Assembly (NCBI GenBank): GCA_030141605.1
Contig: JAQGDQ010000996.1
Span: 1-64,000 of the forward strand
Origin: Tubiluchus corallicola
Lineage: Eukaryota; Animalia; Priapulida
DNA length: 64,000 nt
Direction of reading: 5' to 3'
Of this stretch, positions 61,709 through 64,000 are shown one piece after another. The notes under the pieces were generated by a model. It had not been told where the DNA came from. It saw only the letters and a list, made by a program, of their open reading frames with translations, and did not search any database. Numbering within the stretch: position 1 is the stretch's first letter; each line of letters starts with the position of its first letter. The translations under genes and the position numbers were made by a program.

Positions 61709-64000
61709 CTGCAATAAAAAAATCAATAAATGAGCGGGTGGTAGTCAACGTGTCAGACTAAAATCAGTGGGGCGTTAAAGTCTATTCCAACGACTGTTTG
61801 CAAAGTCAGAAGTCTGCAACACTTTTGAGCAATATGTGAGCTGTCAATTGCTGTAGTTTTAATTATAACAACAATGTATATGTATGTTAAACTAAAAATG
61901 TACGATGATTATTTGCACATGTACCAAATGTTAACATTTTAATATATTCCTTTCCTTTTTTTATTTCTACTATTTAAGCACTTTAGTACAACATTTGCAC
62001 TTCACATCAGTATTTATCGATGGCATTAATAAAAAACACAAGATGAAAAATTTCTAAACTTAAATTTGATATCGCATTTAAGCACTTGTCTAGATTGAAA
62101 TATGCATGAGCATCTACTTCCTAACACCACCTTTCATCAAAACACATAAATTAAAACTGTTTTACGAGATTAAAATATTGACTACTTTCGCACTGTACAC
62201 AACATTATGCATTTTTTATGCAATTTTTTCATAACGTTATGAGATCAATTTTATATGTAGGAACTTGCTTATACAAAATGCTACACTACTCATGCCGAAA
62301 CACAAGCAGAGCAGGCTTACTAAGACCAAATAAACTTTACCACAAATTCACGAACTTATGCATAAATCATTTTAAGTCATAGAATACTCTTGTGCTATTT
62401 TCAGATTCATAATGGTCAATAAATGCATTTCTATGGTTAAATGAAATTCTAATCTTCTCAATCTCTAGGGCCCTATTCTACACTACACGTGCAGTAAATA
62501 ACATTTCAAAGTTCAACTTCAACCTGCAGTTTTCTCATTGTTCCTTAACCATGATGTTTACCACTCAGTTTATGTTCAAACCAATCTTGCAACAGTGTTA
62601 CCTTCAATAACTCTATAAGAAATACTCTTTTATGAAAGTAAGCCTATAAAAAACTAGATAACTAGTTATTTCTATACTATCAGTGACTCGATACCGTACT
62701 TTAACAAAGCTTCACTCACAATTTGAGTCGATTTAAAAAAACACAATGTATTCAAAGATGATGGTACATATTTCAACAAAATACTATGATAAACGTATCG
62801 GGTTGTTCTTAGACAACAATAAATGAACCGATACTAGGTATGCAAATGTGGAAACGCAAAAACGGTCGTTCCCTTATGAACGAGAAATTTGCACTCCGGG
62901 CCTTTGCATCCGAGTAATGCCTATAATATTTGCATAAACCACCTCTTTAACATAAGGTCCTCTCAATTTGCCTTTTCTTTCAAAACTTCCGAAGCCCATA
63001 TGTTCTCTCTACCATCACTCTATCCAGTGCCCTTCATCTATTTGACTCATAACCTCAATTACGCATCTGCCACACAATTTCTTCACTAACTACCAGAATA
63101 CATCGCTTACATTCATATGAACGCATCAATAACGCATAGACGATCACTCCTGATCTTGCAAGATTATTAATGAATTCAATTAGCCATTTAACGACTACAA
63201 GATTCATGAAACTAGATAAACCGCCATTTATTTCTAGGAACATTATGCATTTGTAAAATTTGCAGGTTGGATCATCGAGCTATTACAGCTATGGCTAGAA
63301 ATATGAATCCAACAGATGACTCACTTCAATCAGGTCGGCCATATAAGTGTGAGATTATCTCCAACTTACGTTGAGACTGGAAAAAGACATTTAACCTTTG
63401 ACCTTTTCACAATCATCTTCAGTTGCTGGAACTGTGAAAAAGTTTGTTTTTGAAGAGTAACACGTGGCTGCCAGGGTTTTTGTACAATAAATTGAAGATG
63501 TGGTGATAGTCTGACACGCGTACAAAGTTTTTCACTTTATAGATGGCAGCACTTGGTGTACTGGAAAGATTGCTGTGTTGTGCACATCTACTTTTATAGT
63601 TTTGTATTGCTTGTTGCAGCCTGGCATTGCTGTTGTATATTTCAAATTATTTCTGATGTAAATCTTTCTAAACATTATATCTGAGTTTGGTGTTCACATT
63701 TACCATAGGATATAGTAAATATTTTGAAACACAAAACCTTTTGATGTCAAGAAATAATCTGCTACATTATGTTACGTTAAATGTGCTGTTAAAGGAAAAC
63801 AGAACAATTATCTAAACATTAGTTCAAAACAAAGTCTAAAATATTGAAAACTACAACAGCTTGTTTTCAATCAAAGCTTAGATTAAATAATAAGTTGCCT
63901 TGGATATTTTATTAAATATTCAAAGCTAAGCACAGTTCTGCGAATCTACTAAGACTGGCAATGGCATCCTTTTGTCACATTCGCATGGCCGACAAATAGA

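Noticed and set aside
63368-63425. Possible upstream septin exon with a GTAAGT donor
   Set aside because: ATG-initiated frames are not phase-compatible with exon 61708 and there is no P-loop motif.

Overview
AT-rich eukaryotic (metazoan, probably invertebrate) genomic DNA, read by eye only. Five spliced host genes were reconstructed from GT-AG junctions and phase continuity: RSRC2-like (-, 3' end outside the window), C2orf69/UPF0565-like (-), NAP1-like (+), LRRC47-like (-) and a SEPT2-group septin (-, 5' end outside the window). The introns hold three young retroelements with intact target-site duplications. The first is a full-length Gmr1-like Ty3/gypsy LTR element with inverted PR-INT-RT-RH order and a SCAN-like gag. 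The second is a full-length LOA/I-group non-LTR element with RNase H. The third is a 5'-truncated RTE LINE. Each retroelement has a single visible lesion. There are also many non-autonomous DNA transposons (piggyBac-, Kolobok-, Tc1/pogo- and hAT-like) and five 29-34 bp minisatellites. No CRISPR array, rRNA or intact tRNA was found. I found no clearly new multi-gene system. The best leads are the Gmr1-like element, the frame-split CKQQ exon of NAP1, a minisatellite built from splice-acceptor copies, and the structured UTRs of the LOA-like element.
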